Of a stretch of DNA of 47,208 nt, positions 1 to 10,664 are shown piece by piece. The stretch covers positions 1 to 47,208 of the forward strand of contig JALRIV010000001.1 of assembly GCA_023255275.1 (NCBI GenBank), written 5' to 3'. A program made the position numbers and the translations under genes. This DNA is from Crocinitomicaceae bacterium. Lineage in GTDB: Bacteria > Bacteroidota > Bacteroidia > Flavobacteriales_D > Crocinitomicaceae. Under the pieces are notes generated by a model. The model did not search any database, was not told the DNA's origin, and saw nothing but the letters and a program-made list of their open reading frames with translations. How positions within the stretch are numbered: the stretch's first letter is position 1; the number at the start of each line of letters is the position of its first letter.

Positions 1-792
1 TAAGTCGTAGTAATTCGACGCGGTAAAGTAATACAACTGTTTGTTTTTTGGATCTGCTTCAATGGCATCTGTTAAATATTTTTCAGCTGCTTTAGCATCT
101 CCTTTTTTAAGCGAAATGTTGATTTTAGCAATGATTAAATCTAAATCTTTTGGTACCAACTCATCCAATGCATTTGCCAAGTTAAGAGCAGAATCCAATT
201 GATTTCTTTCAATCATTCCGTTGATCGCTTGTGAGCCTAAAATGGAAGTGTTTTTTCTGGCATCTTCATATTCCAATCCAAGTAACTGTTGAACTTTGTA
301 GGCATAGGCAAATAATCCTGCTGCTTCTGCTTTTTTCTTTTGTTCGTTCATCATAAGTCCCATGTTAAACATTTGGGCTGATTTGTTTTTCACAAAGTCA
401 GAAGCATCACTTTTTTGCTTGGATTTTGGAGTGGTATACGCTGCGGTCAAACATTCCTTTGCAATGTTGAACACTGAGTCCGATTGAAACTCAGCTAAGT
501 CTTCATTGTTAGGTAACATGGAAAGCTCCATCAACGAGTAATGAATAACTCCACGGTAATAATACATTTTTGTATTGGTACTCGTTGTTTCATTTAAAGC
601 TGCCTCGTTGATAAATGTTCTTCCAGCTGTTAAATTGCTTTTTGCATCCTCAAAATTTCCTTTTGCCATGGCTAATTCATAGGCTTGGTATTTTAAAGCT
701 GCATCGGTAATTCTTGCGGTTTGTGCGTTCATTTGGATCGCAGGTAAAATCAATCCCGCTAAACAAATTCCTTTTTTAATTGTATTTTTCAT
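1..792 (-). CDS. TPR-like exported protein, partial (C-terminal part lies beyond the window start)
   Basis: The minus-strand frame is open from the ATG at 792-790 to the window edge (264 codons, checked codon by codon, no stop). The N-terminus MKNTIKKGICLAGLILPAIQMNAQ looks like a signal peptide. Helical A/K/L/Y-rich segments such as KKGDAKAAEKYLTDAIEADPKNKQLYY are TPR-like. It lies 41 nt downstream of gyrA on the same strand. It is absent from the supplied ORF track because it runs off the window. Confidence 0.6.
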   Translation of the reverse strand, partial: MKNTIKKGICLAGLILPAIQMNAQTARITDAALKYQAYELAMAKGNFEDAKSNLTAGRTFINEAALNETTSTNTKMYYYRGVIHYSLMELSMLPNNEDLAEFQSDSVFNIAKECLTAAYTTPKSKQKSDASDFVKNKSAQMFNMGLMMNEQKKKAEAAGLFAYAYKVQQLLGLEYEDARKNTSILGSQAINGMIERNQLDSALNLANALDELVPKDLDLIIAKINISLKKGDAKAAEKYLTDAIEADPKNKQLYYFTASNYYDL

Positions 793-833
793 GTTCATTC
801 TTTTTGATTTTTAATGAGATGCAATTGCGCTCA

Positions 834-3389
834 TTATTCCACAGAATCGTTATCAATTTCTGTGCCATTCTCATTTTCTGTTGCAGGTTCAATTGGATTT
901 CCATCTTCGTCAAATGCTTCTTCTTCATCATCACTGCGCGGAACTCTCGCAATCGCTGCAATTTCAGCATTTCCTTTTAAGTTGATTAATCGAACTCCTT
1001 GTGCAGCTCTACCCATCGTTCTGATGGAATCGATATGCATACGGATGGTCACCCCAGATTTGGTGATGATCATTAAGTCTTCTTCATCAGAAACAACTTT
1101 CAAGCCAAGAAGTGGACCTGTTTTATCGGTGATAGAAATCGTTTTTACTCCTTTTCCACCACGGTTCGTAACGCGATAAACGGGTTCGCCATCTTCAGGA
1201 TCATTTAAGAATGAACGTTTTCCGTATCCTTTTTCAGAAACCACTAAAATCGTTTCAGAAGGATCTTTCACGCAAATCATACCTATTACAGAATCTTGCT
1301 CGTCAGCTAAGGTAACCGCTTTTACACCCGATGCATTTCTGCCCATTGGTCGTACTTTTGATTCGTTGAATCGAATCGCTTTACCAGCCTTAGTAGCAAG
1401 AAGCATTTCGTTGGTTCCGTCCGTTAATTTTGCTTCTAATAACTCATCATTTTCACGAATGGTAATGGCATTAATACCATTAGATCTTGGTCTTGAATAC
1501 GCTTCAAGTGATGTTTTCTTGATAATACCCTCTTTCGTACACATGACAATAAAGTTGTTTTCTACGTACTCTTTATCGGTCAAGTCTTGTACTTTCACAT
1601 AAGCTTTCACTTTGTCATCTTGAGGAATGTTGATCAAGTTTTGAATTGCTCTTCCTTTCGACGTTTTGTTTCCTTCTGGAATTTCGTATACACGCATCCA
1701 GAAACATCTACCTTTTTCGGTGAATACCAATAAGTAGTTGTGGTTGGTTGCGACAAACAAATGTTCTAAGAAGTCTTTATCTCGAGTAGCAGAACCTTTC
1801 GATCCCATACCACCTCTGTTTTGAACTTTATACTCATTTAAAGAAGTACGTTTGATGTATCCTGCATGCGAAATCGTCACGACTACTTCTTCATCGGCAA
1901 TTAAATCCTCCATACGCATTTCACTTGCAGCGTATTCAATGGTAGATCTTCTTTCATCGCCATATTTAGCACGGACATCAATCAATTCATCTTTGATGAT
2001 TTGCATTCTTCGCTCAACACGATCCAAAATATCTTTTAAATCTGCAATGAGCGCCATTAATTCTTGGAACTCTGCACGTAATTTATCTTGCTCTAGTCCT
2101 GTTAAGTGACGAAGACGCATGTCTACAATCGCTCGAGTTTGTGCTTCTGAAAGTCCAAAGCGCGCAGATAAGGTTTCTCTTGCCTCATCCGGACTTTTAG
2201 ATTCTTTAATGATTTTGATGACTTCGTCAATGTTATCAGAAGCGATGATCAAACCTTCTAGGATGTGCGCTCTTTCTTCTGCCTTTCTTAAGTCAAAAGT
2301 AGCTCTTCTAACCACTACTTCATGTCTGAATTTAACGAAGTTTGATATCAAATCCTTTAAATTCAATAAGTAAGGTCTTCCGTCAACCAAACAGATGTTG
2401 TTAACAGAAAAAGAAGTTTGAAGCGAAGTATATTTATACAGTTTGTTTAGAACGACATTCGCAATAGCATCGCGTTTGATTTCATAAACCACACGCATAC
2501 CGTTACGGTCAGATTCATCTCTTAAATCTGAAATTCCTTCAATTTTTTTATCGTTAATTAACTCTGCCGTTTTTTTAATCATTTCTGATTTATTCACTTG
2601 GTAAGGAATCTCAGTAATAATAATTTGTTCACGACCGTTAACTTCTTCAATTTCAGCTTTGGCACGCATCACAATACGGCCTTTACCTGTTGTTAAAGCG
2701 TCTCTAACACCTTCATAACCATAGATGATACCGCCTGTTGGGAAATCTGGAGCTTTAACGTAGTTTAATAATTCTTCTACTTCAATCTCTGGATTATCAA
2801 CATATGCGATGATCCCATCAACAACCTCTGATAAATTATGTGGAGCCATGTTGGTGGCCATACCTACCGCAATACCAGATGATCCATTCACCAAAAGGTT
2901 AGGGATTTTAGTTGGTAAAACAGATGGTTCCTCTAAACTATCATCAAAGTTTGGATTAAAATCAACCGTTTCTTTTTCAAGATCGGCTAGCATTTCTTCA
3001 GCAATTTTTCGAAGTCTTGCCTCGGTATAACGCATTGCTGCCGGACTATCGCCATCCACAGATCCAAAGTTACCTTGTCCATCTACTAATGGGTAACGAA
3101 GCGACCAAGGTTGCGCCATTCTCACCATGGTGTCGTAGACAGAGGAATCTCCATGTGGGTGATACTTACCCAGTACTTCCCCTACGATTCTTGCTGACTT
3201 TTTATAAGGACGATTGGAGAATACCCCCAAATCTTGCATTCCATACAGTACTCTTCGGTGTACAGGTTTAAATCCATCTCTTACATCGGGTAAAGCTCTT
3301 GAAACGATTACAGACATTGAATAATCAATGTATGCACTTTTCATTTCGTCTTCGATGTTAATCTGAATTATTTTTTCGCCATCTGCCAT
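834..3389 (-). CDS. gyrA: DNA gyrase subunit A
   Basis: 851-aa ORF. The N-terminus reads [29 protein letters not shown], and the catalytic tyrosine context is [11 protein letters not shown] GyrA-box-like [10 protein letters not shown] and C-terminal beta-pinwheel repeats are present, followed by the acidic tail typical of Bacteroidota GyrA. Confidence 0.97.
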   Translation of the reverse strand: MADGEKIIQINIEDEMKSAYIDYSMSVIVSRALPDVRDGFKPVHRRVLYGMQDLGVFSNRPYKKSARIVGEVLGKYHPHGDSSVYDTMVRMAQPWSLRYPLVDGQGNFGSVDGDSPAAMRYTEARLRKIAEEMLADLEKETVDFNPNFDDSLEEPSVLPTKIPNLLVNGSSGIAVGMATNMAPHNLSEVVDGIIAYVDNPEIEVEELLNYVKAPDFPTGGIIYGYEGVRDALTTGKGRIVMRAKAEIEEVNGREQIIITEIPYQVNKSEMIKKTAELINDKKIEGISDLRDESDRNGMRVVYEIKRDAIANVVLNKLYKYTSLQTSFSVNNICLVDGRPYLLNLKDLISNFVKFRHEVVVRRATFDLRKAEERAHILEGLIIASDNIDEVIKIIKESKSPDEARETLSARFGLSEAQTRAIVDMRLRHLTGLEQDKLRAEFQELMALIADLKDILDRVERRMQIIKDELIDVRAKYGDERRSTIEYAASEMRMEDLIADEEVVVTISHAGYIKRTSLNEYKVQNRGGMGSKGSATRDKDFLEHLFVATNHNYLLVFTEKGRCFWMRVYEIPEGNKTSKGRAIQNLINIPQDDKVKAYVKVQDLTDKEYVENNFIVMCTKEGIIKKTSLEAYSRPRSNGINAITIRENDELLEAKLTDGTNEMLLATKAGKAIRFNESKVRPMGRNASGVKAVTLADEQDSVIGMICVKDPSETILVVSEKGYGKRSFLNDPEDGEPVYRVTNRGGKGVKTISITDKTGPLLGLKVVSDEEDLMIITKSGVTIRMHIDSIRTMGRAAQGVRLINLKGNAEIAAIARVPRSDDEEEAFDEDGNPIEPATENENGTEIDNDSVE

Positions 3390-3547
3390 GTTGTCATTAA
3401 TTTATTTTAGCACACTATTTGTGAAGTATTAAAAGTGTCGAAATTAAGGATATTATCCTTATGTTTTACAACGCTAAATGGTATTTTATAAACAAAAATC
3501 TGTGGAAAATTGCATTTTTAATCGACTTATTAACAATTTTTAAATAC

Positions 3548-3555
3548 TATATTTG
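3548..3555 (+). promoter_or_regulatory. Bacteroidetes-type -7 promoter box TATATTTG upstream of the clpC-type gene
   Basis: Perfect match to TAnnTTTG, 42 nt upstream of the ATG at 3598, within the 208-bp divergent gyrA/clpC intergenic region. Confidence 0.4.
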
Positions 3556-3597
3556 TATCATTGGTTAATTGTGTAATTTTCACTTAAATCGTAAATT

Positions 3598-6120
3598 ATG
3601 GAAGCTAAATTTTCTCCAAGAGTAAAAGATGTGATCAACTTCAGTAGAGAGGAGGCGGTTCGTATTGGAAACGAATTTATTGGAGTGGAACATTTACTAA
3701 TTGGTTTGTTTAGAGAGGGTGGAGGTACTGCGATGACGATCTTAAAAGGATTTTCACTTGACTTGGATCAAATTCGATTTGAGGTGGAAGCTACTTTAAA
3801 AGCGAATGCGAAGGTTTTGAATCCTAATTTGATCAACATTCCACTTGTGAAGCAAGCTGAAAAAGTGTTGAAGATTACGTATTTAGAGGCGAAATTATAC
3901 AAAAGCCCAATCATTGGTACGGAACATTTGTTGCTGTCGATTTTAAAAGAAGAAGATTCGGTAGCGTGTGCAATTTTGAATAAATATGGGGTAATATACG
4001 ATAATGTAAAAGATGAACTAGAAATGATGCAAAAAGAAAATAATTTACCTAGAGCTGAATTCCCTGGTGGACAAGATGAAGATGGAGATGCATTCTCTGC
4101 TCAGAAAAAACCAGTAGACCCAAAATCGAAAACACCGGTTTTGGATAATTTTGGTCGTGATTTAACAAAAATGGCAGAGGTTGGGAAATTGGATCCAATC
4201 GTTGGTCGTGAGAAAGAAATTGAGCGCGTAAGTCAAATTTTATCGCGTAGAAAAAAGAACAATCCAATTTTAATTGGTGAGCCAGGTGTTGGTAAATCAG
4301 CTATTGCTGAAGGTTTAGCCTTGCGAATTGTGCAACGAAAAGTATCGAGAGTTTTGTTCAATAAACGAATCATCTCATTGGATTTAGCTTCATTAGTTGC
4401 GGGTACAAAATACCGTGGACAATTTGAGGAGCGTATGAAGGCGGTGATGCAAGAGATTGAGAAAAATCCGGATATCATTTTATTCATTGATGAAATTCAT
4501 ACGATTATTGGAGCGGGAGGAGCTTCTGGTTCCTTAGATGCTTCCAACATGTTTAAGCCTGCTTTAGCGCGTGGCGAGATGCAAGCTATTGGTGCAACCA
4601 CTTTGGATGAGTATCGTCAATACATTGAGAAAGATGGTGCTTTAGAGCGTCGTTTCCAAAAAGTGATTATTGAACCAACTACCGTTGAGGAAACGGTTCA
4701 AATTTTGAATAACATTAAAGAGCGTTATGAGGAACATCACTCAGTAGTATTTACGGATGAAGCTATTGCAGCTTGCGTGAAATTGACTGAGCGTTATATA
4801 ACCGATCGACATTTGCCAGACAAGGCGATCGATGCTTTAGATGAAGTTGGGTCTCGTGTTCACTTAAATAATATTCATGTCCCACAAGAGATTTTGGATG
4901 TTGAGGCGAAGATTGAAGCCTTGAAACTGGAAAAAAATGAGGTGATTAAATCGCAGCAATACGAGAAAGCAGCTGAACTAAGAGATAGTGAACGAAAACT
5001 ACAAGATCAATTAGAGGAAGCTAAAAAACGTTGGGAGGAGGATTCAAAATCTAATAAAGTGACGGTTACTGAAGAGCATGTCGCGGAAGTAGTTTCCATG
5101 ATGTGTGGTATACCAGTGACTCGCGTTTCTCAATCTGAAACAGGGAAATTGGTGACCATGGCAGAAGAGCTTCGAGGTAAAGTGATTGGTCAAGACGATG
5201 CAGTTTCCAAAGTTGTCAAAGCAATTCAACGAAATCGTGCTGGATTGAAAGATCCTAACAAGCCAATCGGATCATTCTTTTTCCTAGGGCCAACTGGTGT
5301 AGGTAAGACTCAATTGGCAAAAGTTCTAGCGAAGTATTTATTTGATTCTGAAGATGCTTTAGTGCGGATCGATATGTCGGAATACATGGAGAAATTCTCT
5401 ATTTCACGATTAGTTGGAGCGCCTCCAGGATACGTTGGTTATGAAGAAGGTGGACAATTGACTGAAAAGGTGAGGAGAAAGCCTTATTCCATCATTTTGT
5501 TGGATGAGATTGAAAAAGCACATCCAGATGTATTTAACTTGTTGTTACAAGTGTTGGATGATGGACATATGACGGATGGTTTAGGAAGAAAGATTGATTT
5601 CAAAAACACCATTCTTATCATGACATCTAATATTGGTGCGCGACAATTGGCAGATTTTGGAACTGGGGTTGGATTCGGAACAAAAGCGAAAACTGAAGCG
5701 CGTGATGAAAATGCGAAGTCAGTGATTCAGAATGCGTTAAGAAAAGCCTTTTCTCCTGAATTTTTGAATCGAATTGATGATATGATCATCTTCAAATCGC
5801 TTGAGCGAGAAAGTATTCACAAAATTATTGATTTGGAATTGTCTAAATTATACGGACGAATTAACGATTTAGGATATACAATCGAAATGACTGATGCTGC
5901 TAAAGATTTTATCGTGGATAAAGGATATGATGAGAAATTTGGAGCCCGTCCATTGAAAAGGGCCATTCAAAAATTCATTGAGGACCCTCTAGCGGAAGAA
6001 ATCATCAAGTCTAATCTTCAAGAAGGAGATAAGATTAAATTAGATTTAAATACCGAAAAGACTGATCTTAGTGTGAAAATTGATAAACCAAGTAAGTCTA
6101 AAGCGAAATCAAAAGAGTAA
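3598..6120 (+). CDS. clpC: ATP-dependent Clp protease ATP-binding subunit, ClpC type (class I AAA+)
   Basis: 840 aa. It has a duplicated Clp_N N-domain ([10 protein letters not shown] / [10 protein letters not shown]) and two Walker A motifs ([16 protein letters not shown]). A short UVR-like middle domain ([22 protein letters not shown]) replaces the long ClpB coiled coil. A VGF loop is consistent with ClpP docking. Confidence 0.9.
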   Translation: MEAKFSPRVKDVINFSREEAVRIGNEFIGVEHLLIGLFREGGGTAMTILKGFSLDLDQIRFEVEATLKANAKVLNPNLINIPLVKQAEKVLKITYLEAKLYKSPIIGTEHLLLSILKEEDSVACAILNKYGVIYDNVKDELEMMQKENNLPRAEFPGGQDEDGDAFSAQKKPVDPKSKTPVLDNFGRDLTKMAEVGKLDPIVGREKEIERVSQILSRRKKNNPILIGEPGVGKSAIAEGLALRIVQRKVSRVLFNKRIISLDLASLVAGTKYRGQFEERMKAVMQEIEKNPDIILFIDEIHTIIGAGGASGSLDASNMFKPALARGEMQAIGATTLDEYRQYIEKDGALERRFQKVIIEPTTVEETVQILNNIKERYEEHHSVVFTDEAIAACVKLTERYITDRHLPDKAIDALDEVGSRVHLNNIHVPQEILDVEAKIEALKLEKNEVIKSQQYEKAAELRDSERKLQDQLEEAKKRWEEDSKSNKVTVTEEHVAEVVSMMCGIPVTRVSQSETGKLVTMAEELRGKVIGQDDAVSKVVKAIQRNRAGLKDPNKPIGSFFFLGPTGVGKTQLAKVLAKYLFDSEDALVRIDMSEYMEKFSISRLVGAPPGYVGYEEGGQLTEKVRRKPYSIILLDEIEKAHPDVFNLLLQVLDDGHMTDGLGRKIDFKNTILIMTSNIGARQLADFGTGVGFGTKAKTEARDENAKSVIQNALRKAFSPEFLNRIDDMIIFKSLERESIHKIIDLELSKLYGRINDLGYTIEMTDAAKDFIVDKGYDEKFGARPLKRAIQKFIEDPLAEEIIKSNLQEGDKIKLDLNTEKTDLSVKIDKPSKSKAKSKE

Positions 6121-6150
6121 TTTTTAGAGTAACTTAAAAAAAATAGTAAA

Positions 6151-6176
6151 AAAGCACGATTTTTAGTGCTTTTTTT
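6151..6176 (+). terminator. Rho-independent terminator after clpC
   Basis: The stem AAAGCAC (6151-6157) pairs with GTGCTTT (6166-6172) across an 8-nt loop and runs into a T tract (6170-6176). It begins 31 nt after the clpC stop. Confidence 0.7.
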
Positions 6177-6252
6177 ATTTTACCCCCTATTTTTTTAGGG
6201 GGGTGTTAATAAAAAATAATAAAAATATTTGGATAACCCCCTTAAAAAATTG

Positions 6253-6260
6253 TAATTTTG
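6253..6260 (+). promoter_or_regulatory. -7 promoter box TAATTTTG upstream of the glutamine synthetase gene
   Basis: Perfect TAnnTTTG, 16 nt upstream of the ATG at 6277. Confidence 0.45.
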
Positions 6261-6276
6261 TCAAAAAAATATTTTT

Positions 6277-8463
6277 ATGGCTACAAAACGAATGCAAGCG
6301 TATCAAGATGTGTTAAATCGTACTCCGAAGCACATTGATTTTGATGGTAAGGTTTCAGAATTATTTGGTAAAAACGTATTTCATCTAGAAGTGATGCGTG
6401 AGTATTTGCCAAGTGATGCTTACAAATCAATGAATGAAGCAATCCAAAACGGAACCCGTTTAGATCGTAAAATGGCGGATCAAGTAGCTTCTGCCATGAA
6501 AGATTGGGCAATTACTAAAGGAGCGACGCATTACACCCACTGGTTTCAACCGTTAACAGGTGCGACAGCAGAAAAACACGATGCATTCTTTAAGCCAGTT
6601 GGGCCAGGAAGAGCCATAGAACGTTTTGATGGAGATTTATTGGTACAACAAGAGCCAGATGCGTCTTCCTTTCCAAATGGAGGTATTCGTAATACCTTTG
6701 AGGCAAGAGGGTATACGGCATGGGATCCATCTTCTCCTGCATTCGTCATTGGAAAAACGTTATGTATTCCTACCATATTTATCTCTTATACGGGAGAATC
6801 GTTAGATTATAAAATGCCGTTATTGAAAGCTTTACATGCTGTGGATCAAGCAGCTGTTGAAGTTTGTCAGTATTTTGATAAAAATGTTACTAAAGTAAAC
6901 GCAACCTTAGGATGGGAGCAAGAGTATTTCTTGGTTGATCAGGCTTTGTTTAATGCACGTCCTGATTTAATGATGACAGGAAGAGCCTTGTTTGGTCATG
7001 CTGCTGCAAAAGGACAACAGTTAGAGGATCATTATTTTGGATCAATTCCTGAGCGTGTAACTGCATTCATGCGTGAGTTTGAGATGGAAGCGATCGCGTT
7101 GGGAATTCCAGTCACTACAAGACATAACGAGGTGGCGCCAAACCAATTTGAATGTGCACCTATCTTCGAAGAATGTAATTTAGCCAATGACCACAATTTA
7201 TTGTTGATGGATTTAATGGAGAAAATTGCGCGTAAACACGATTTCCGAGTTTTATTACATGAGAAACCATTTGCAGGTGTAAACGGTTCGGGTAAACACA
7301 ATAACTGGTCATTAAGTACAGATACAGGAGTGAACTTATTGGCACCTGGGAAAAATCCAAAAAGTAATTTACAGTTTTTAACGTTTTTCGTAAATACCAT
7401 TTATGCGATTTATGAAAACGCTGATTTATTAAGAGCGTGTATTGCTTCTGCAGGAAATGATCATCGTCTTGGAGCAAATGAAGCGCCTCCAGCGATTATT
7501 TCAACCTTTATTGGTTCTCAATTATCGAATTTATTGGATGAAATTGAGAAAAACGTAAAGGCTGGAAAAATGACTCCGGAAGATAAAACGGAATTGAAAT
7601 TAAACATCGGTAAAATTCCTCAAATTATGCTGGATAATACGGATAGAAATAGAACTTCTCCGTTCGCATTTACTGGAAATAAATTTGAATTTAGAGCCGT
7701 AGGTTCTTCTGCAAACTGTTCTTCTGCAATGATTGTGTTGAATACGATGATGGCACAACAGTTGAAAAACTTTAAGGCACAAGTAGATGCAAGAATCGAA
7801 AAAGGAGAAAGTAAAGACGAGGCGATCTTACACCAATTGCAAAAAATGATCAAAGAATCGAAAAAGATTCGTTTTGAAGGAAATGGTTACGGTGATGAGT
7901 GGGTTAAAGAAGCAGAGAAGAGAGGTTTGAATAACTTTAAAGATACACCAAGAGCTTTAGAGGCATGGGGTGATAAAAAGTTTGTTAAATTATTCAACGA
8001 TTTGAACGTCTTAACACCACGTGAATTAGAGGCGCGTCAAGAGATTGAATACGAAAACTATGTATTGAAATTGCAAATTGAAGCACGTATCATGGGTGAT
8101 TTAACGCAAAATCATATCATTCCTGCGGTAATCGAATACCAAAACAAATTGATCAAAAACATTTCCGGATTGGTAGATGTTTACGGCGATAAAGAAGGTA
8201 AAAAAGCAGCTGCAGCACAAATCGATTTATTAAGTAGAATTTCCATTCATTTGAATAAAATGAAGGATGCTGCTGATGTTATGTTGAAAGAACGTAAGGT
8301 GGCGAATCAATTGGAGAATGCGCACAAAAAAGCTTATGCATATTGCGATAAAGTAAAAATACATTTTGATGAAATTCGTTACCACGCAGATAAGTTAGAA
8401 TTATTGATCGATGATGAGTTGTGGCCATTGCCAAAATTCAGAGAAATGTTATTTACACGATAA
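6277..8463 (+). CDS. glnA: Glutamine synthetase, type III
   Basis: 728-aa ORF. Its length and sequence are characteristic of the large type III GS of Bacteroides and cyanobacteria (GlnN-like), e.g. HYTHWFQPLTG, NGGIRNTFEARGY and NGSGKHNNWSL. It is far longer than the roughly 470-aa type I enzymes. Confidence 0.9.
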   Translation: MATKRMQAYQDVLNRTPKHIDFDGKVSELFGKNVFHLEVMREYLPSDAYKSMNEAIQNGTRLDRKMADQVASAMKDWAITKGATHYTHWFQPLTGATAEKHDAFFKPVGPGRAIERFDGDLLVQQEPDASSFPNGGIRNTFEARGYTAWDPSSPAFVIGKTLCIPTIFISYTGESLDYKMPLLKALHAVDQAAVEVCQYFDKNVTKVNATLGWEQEYFLVDQALFNARPDLMMTGRALFGHAAAKGQQLEDHYFGSIPERVTAFMREFEMEAIALGIPVTTRHNEVAPNQFECAPIFEECNLANDHNLLLMDLMEKIARKHDFRVLLHEKPFAGVNGSGKHNNWSLSTDTGVNLLAPGKNPKSNLQFLTFFVNTIYAIYENADLLRACIASAGNDHRLGANEAPPAIISTFIGSQLSNLLDEIEKNVKAGKMTPEDKTELKLNIGKIPQIMLDNTDRNRTSPFAFTGNKFEFRAVGSSANCSSAMIVLNTMMAQQLKNFKAQVDARIEKGESKDEAILHQLQKMIKESKKIRFEGNGYGDEWVKEAEKRGLNNFKDTPRALEAWGDKKFVKLFNDLNVLTPRELEARQEIEYENYVLKLQIEARIMGDLTQNHIIPAVIEYQNKLIKNISGLVDVYGDKEGKKAAAAQIDLLSRISIHLNKMKDAADVMLKERKVANQLENAHKKAYAYCDKVKIHFDEIRYHADKLELLIDDELWPLPKFREMLFTR

Positions 8464-8472
8464 ATCTCATGA

Positions 8473-8504
8473 AAACCCTGATTTTTTAATTAGGGTTTTT
8501 TTTA
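8473..8504 (+). terminator. Rho-independent terminator after glnA
   Basis: The stem AAACCCT (8473-8479) pairs with AGGGTTT (8492-8498) and is followed by a T tract. It starts 10 nt after the stop codon. Confidence 0.7.
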
Positions 8505-8648
8505 TTTTTTATAATCTAATATAAACAACATATTTGTTTTTTTTCGAAACCATTTTCAGGTTAACCCTTCTTTCTATAATATCCTGTTCTAAATTGAATT
8601 TTATGATTTAAAATTCAAGTCCCTTTGAAGATTTAATACAAAATAAGA

Positions 8649-9779
8649 TTAATCAAAAATAATGGTAGTGATAAGTCCCTCTTGAAACTCTTGATGAATC
8701 GTACCATCCATTTGTTCAATAAGGGAATCGTTTAATTCTGTACCTTGTCCTTTTTTTAATGGGAAAGGATTTTTATCACCATTGTCTTGAATGATAATTT
8801 TATTGGATTGACCATCTTTTGAAAGGCTAATCGTCAATTGATTATTTCGATTTTGTTTAAAGGCATGCTTGTATGAATTGGTAATGACCTCGTTGATGAT
8901 TAAGGTCAATGAGGTAGCATTTTTAACATCTACCATCATGTCGATTAAATGCAATTGAATGTTAACTTGAAAAATATTACCATAACTCTTCTGAATGTTT
9001 CCAAGTAAATCTGTTAAAATGGTTTTTAAATTGATTGCATTAAAATTCTCTGTAAAATTAATGGATTGGTGGATGGATGAAATCGCATAAACTTGCTGAA
9101 TGATATTCCCAAATAAATCTTGGTGAAAATCGTCTTTTGATTTATGGCTTTCATTTTTGAGTAGGGCTAAAATAATACTGAGGTTGTTTTTTACTCGGTG
9201 ATTAAGTTCCTTGATTAATATTGTCTTCTCTTCCAATAAATCCTCTAATGATTTTTTATTGGAATTGTTTTCATGGTTAAGAATGGTAAGTGTTAAAATG
9301 TGGGCTAATGAAATGACAAATTGTTGTTCATAGATTGTCCAATTTCTTTTTTTAGAGGTTGTCTCTATGCAGAAAACCCCAGTAAATTTGCCATTCAATC
9401 GAAAAGGTACATCCAACATTGATTTGATGCCATTTAAAGCGATATAATTGTCTTTGATTTCAAAATTTTTAGGATCTTTATAAGCGTCATTGCTTACTAG
9501 AATTTGGTCGGATTGAATGTGTTTGAAGTAATTTGGGGAGTCCTTTTCTTGAATAGGCTCCATCTTATAGTAACCTTGATTTATGGAATATGAAAGATGG
9601 TTTGTTAACGTTTTTTGATCTTTTGAAATAAACCAAACATTAGACCTTTCCACATCTAATACGTTGGTTACAATTAAAAGTATGGAATTAATGATTTCAT
9701 CAATTAACCCCTCACTGATAAATTTACTTCTGGATAATTGTTCGGTTACCTCGATTAAATTACTTTGTTGAATTTCCAT
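8649..9779 (-). CDS. Cytoplasmic GAF-domain sensor histidine kinase (HisKA_2/HWE-type H-box), orphan
   Basis: 376 aa with no obvious TM segment. An N-terminal GAF-like region is followed by the H-box ELNHRVKNNLSII and ATPase motifs (INEVITNSYKHAF, IIQDNGDK, KGQGTEL). No response regulator gene is present in the window. Confidence 0.8.
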   Translation of the reverse strand: MEIQQSNLIEVTEQLSRSKFISEGLIDEIINSILLIVTNVLDVERSNVWFISKDQKTLTNHLSYSINQGYYKMEPIQEKDSPNYFKHIQSDQILVSNDAYKDPKNFEIKDNYIALNGIKSMLDVPFRLNGKFTGVFCIETTSKKRNWTIYEQQFVISLAHILTLTILNHENNSNKKSLEDLLEEKTILIKELNHRVKNNLSIILALLKNESHKSKDDFHQDLFGNIIQQVYAISSIHQSINFTENFNAINLKTILTDLLGNIQKSYGNIFQVNIQLHLIDMMVDVKNATSLTLIINEVITNSYKHAFKQNRNNQLTISLSKDGQSNKIIIQDNGDKNPFPLKKGQGTELNDSLIEQMDGTIHQEFQEGLITTIIFD

Positions 9780-9842
9780 TTTTGTATAATAGTAGAAAAT
9801 AAATATACAAATTTTTAAGATGGAAAACTAAATCGACATAAT

Positions 9843-10658
9843 TTAGATAGAGAATATAACATCCACTCGTCTGTTTTTCTGACGATCGTTGTCTGTATTT
9901 TCAGGAAAAGCAATTGGGTTTTTGTTACTCATCCCTTTAAAGTTCATTCGTTTTTTAGCAATACCTCTTTTTCTTAATTCTTTATAGACTGCTTTTGCTC
10001 TTCTTTTTGACAATCTCATTTTGTTCCCACAGCAAACGTGCCCTCTAATCAATACATTGACGTTAGGGTTTGATTTCATAAAATCATACAGTAAGTTTAA
10101 TTCTTTGTAAGATGAATTTAACAGTTTTGTTTTGCCACCGTAAAATTCAATACTTAAAATAATCGGATTAAACTCATCTACAAAAAATTTGGATGGAGTA
10201 GGAGTGGTGTCAGCTGGTGCACTTTTCAAAAAGGTATCGATTTTTGTTTCTTGCACCTCATTCACGTTTCTTGTTTTGGAAAAGTAATATAGATCGATTC
10301 TCCTCCAATAATCATAATTAGTGATATCTTCCAAAGAATCAGGATAATTTTCTCCAATAATGACAGGAGTTGGGATTTGGTAATTTAGAGCGTTTAATAT
10401 CTCTTTAATTTTTGTAAATCTTCGAAGCGATAGATTTTGATTGTGCTGTGTTGTACCGTTGGTATCGCTGTAGACCTCAATTTTTTCAATTTTGAGATCA
10501 TGGTTACTTGAGTCATTTAACCATAGGCTGAATTCATCTTGCGAAGTTGTGGTGATTTCAACGGAATTCTTTACAAAAAAAATAGATATTTTGCTAAGAT
10601 TTTGACTGAAAAGGCCAAAAAAGGAAAATAGCAAAATAATGGTCAACATGTGTTTCAT
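9843..10658 (-). CDS. OmpA-family protein with two OmpA_C-like halves
   Basis: The ORF track starts at a TTG (10667). The first ATG is at 10658 and gives MKHMLTIILLFSFFGLFSQ, a signal peptide. That ATG lies 6 nt downstream of a TAAATTTG box, so I call 10658. The N-terminal OmpA-like unit is degenerate (VYSDTNGTTQHNQNLSLRR). The C-terminal unit reads LSKRRAKAVYKEL...NRRVDVIF. Confidence 0.75.
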   Translation of the reverse strand: MKHMLTIILLFSFFGLFSQNLSKISIFFVKNSVEITTTSQDEFSLWLNDSSNHDLKIEKIEVYSDTNGTTQHNQNLSLRRFTKIKEILNALNYQIPTPVIIGENYPDSLEDITNYDYWRRIDLYYFSKTRNVNEVQETKIDTFLKSAPADTTPTPSKFFVDEFNPIILSIEFYGGKTKLLNSSYKELNLLYDFMKSNPNVNVLIRGHVCCGNKMRLSKRRAKAVYKELRKRGIAKKRMNFKGMSNKNPIAFPENTDNDRQKNRRVDVIFSI

Positions 10659-10664
10659 ACGTTG

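Noticed and set aside
814-1179. 121-aa plus-strand ORF (and several 60-85-aa ORFs up to 3271) antisense to gyrA
   Set aside because: These are shadow ORFs within a highly conserved gene, with low-complexity S/I/A-rich translations.
3407-3443. CIRCE-like half site TTAGCACAC upstream of clpC/gyrA
   Set aside because: Only the left half resembles CIRCE (TTAGCACTC-N9-GAGTGCTAA). The nearest partial complement, GTGTCGAAA, is 19 nt away and poorly matched. This is not a credible HrcA operator.
3461-3568. 35-codon small ORF (MFYNAKWYFINKNLWKIAFLIDLLTIFKYYICIIG) in the gyrA/clpC spacer
   Set aside because: ORFs of this length arise by chance in AT-rich sequence. It overlaps the predicted clpC promoter and has no upstream promoter box of its own.
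6229-6237. DnaA-box-like TTTGGATAA upstream of glnA (and TGTGGAAAA at 3500-3508)
   Set aside because: These are single, imperfect matches with no clustering, so there is no evidence for a replication origin.
7032-7477. 122-aa and 105-aa minus-strand ORFs inside the GS-III gene
   Set aside because: They are antisense shadow ORFs with no recognisable motifs, and the sense-strand gene is unambiguous.
8505-8648. About 140 bp of unassigned sequence between the glnA terminator and the convergent histidine kinase gene; checked for an sRNA or small ORF
   Set aside because: It contains only a one-mismatch -7 box (CATATTTG, 8529-8536) and a weak AT-only hairpin (8596-8616) with no U tail. The longest ORF is 14 codons. 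This is insufficient to call a feature.
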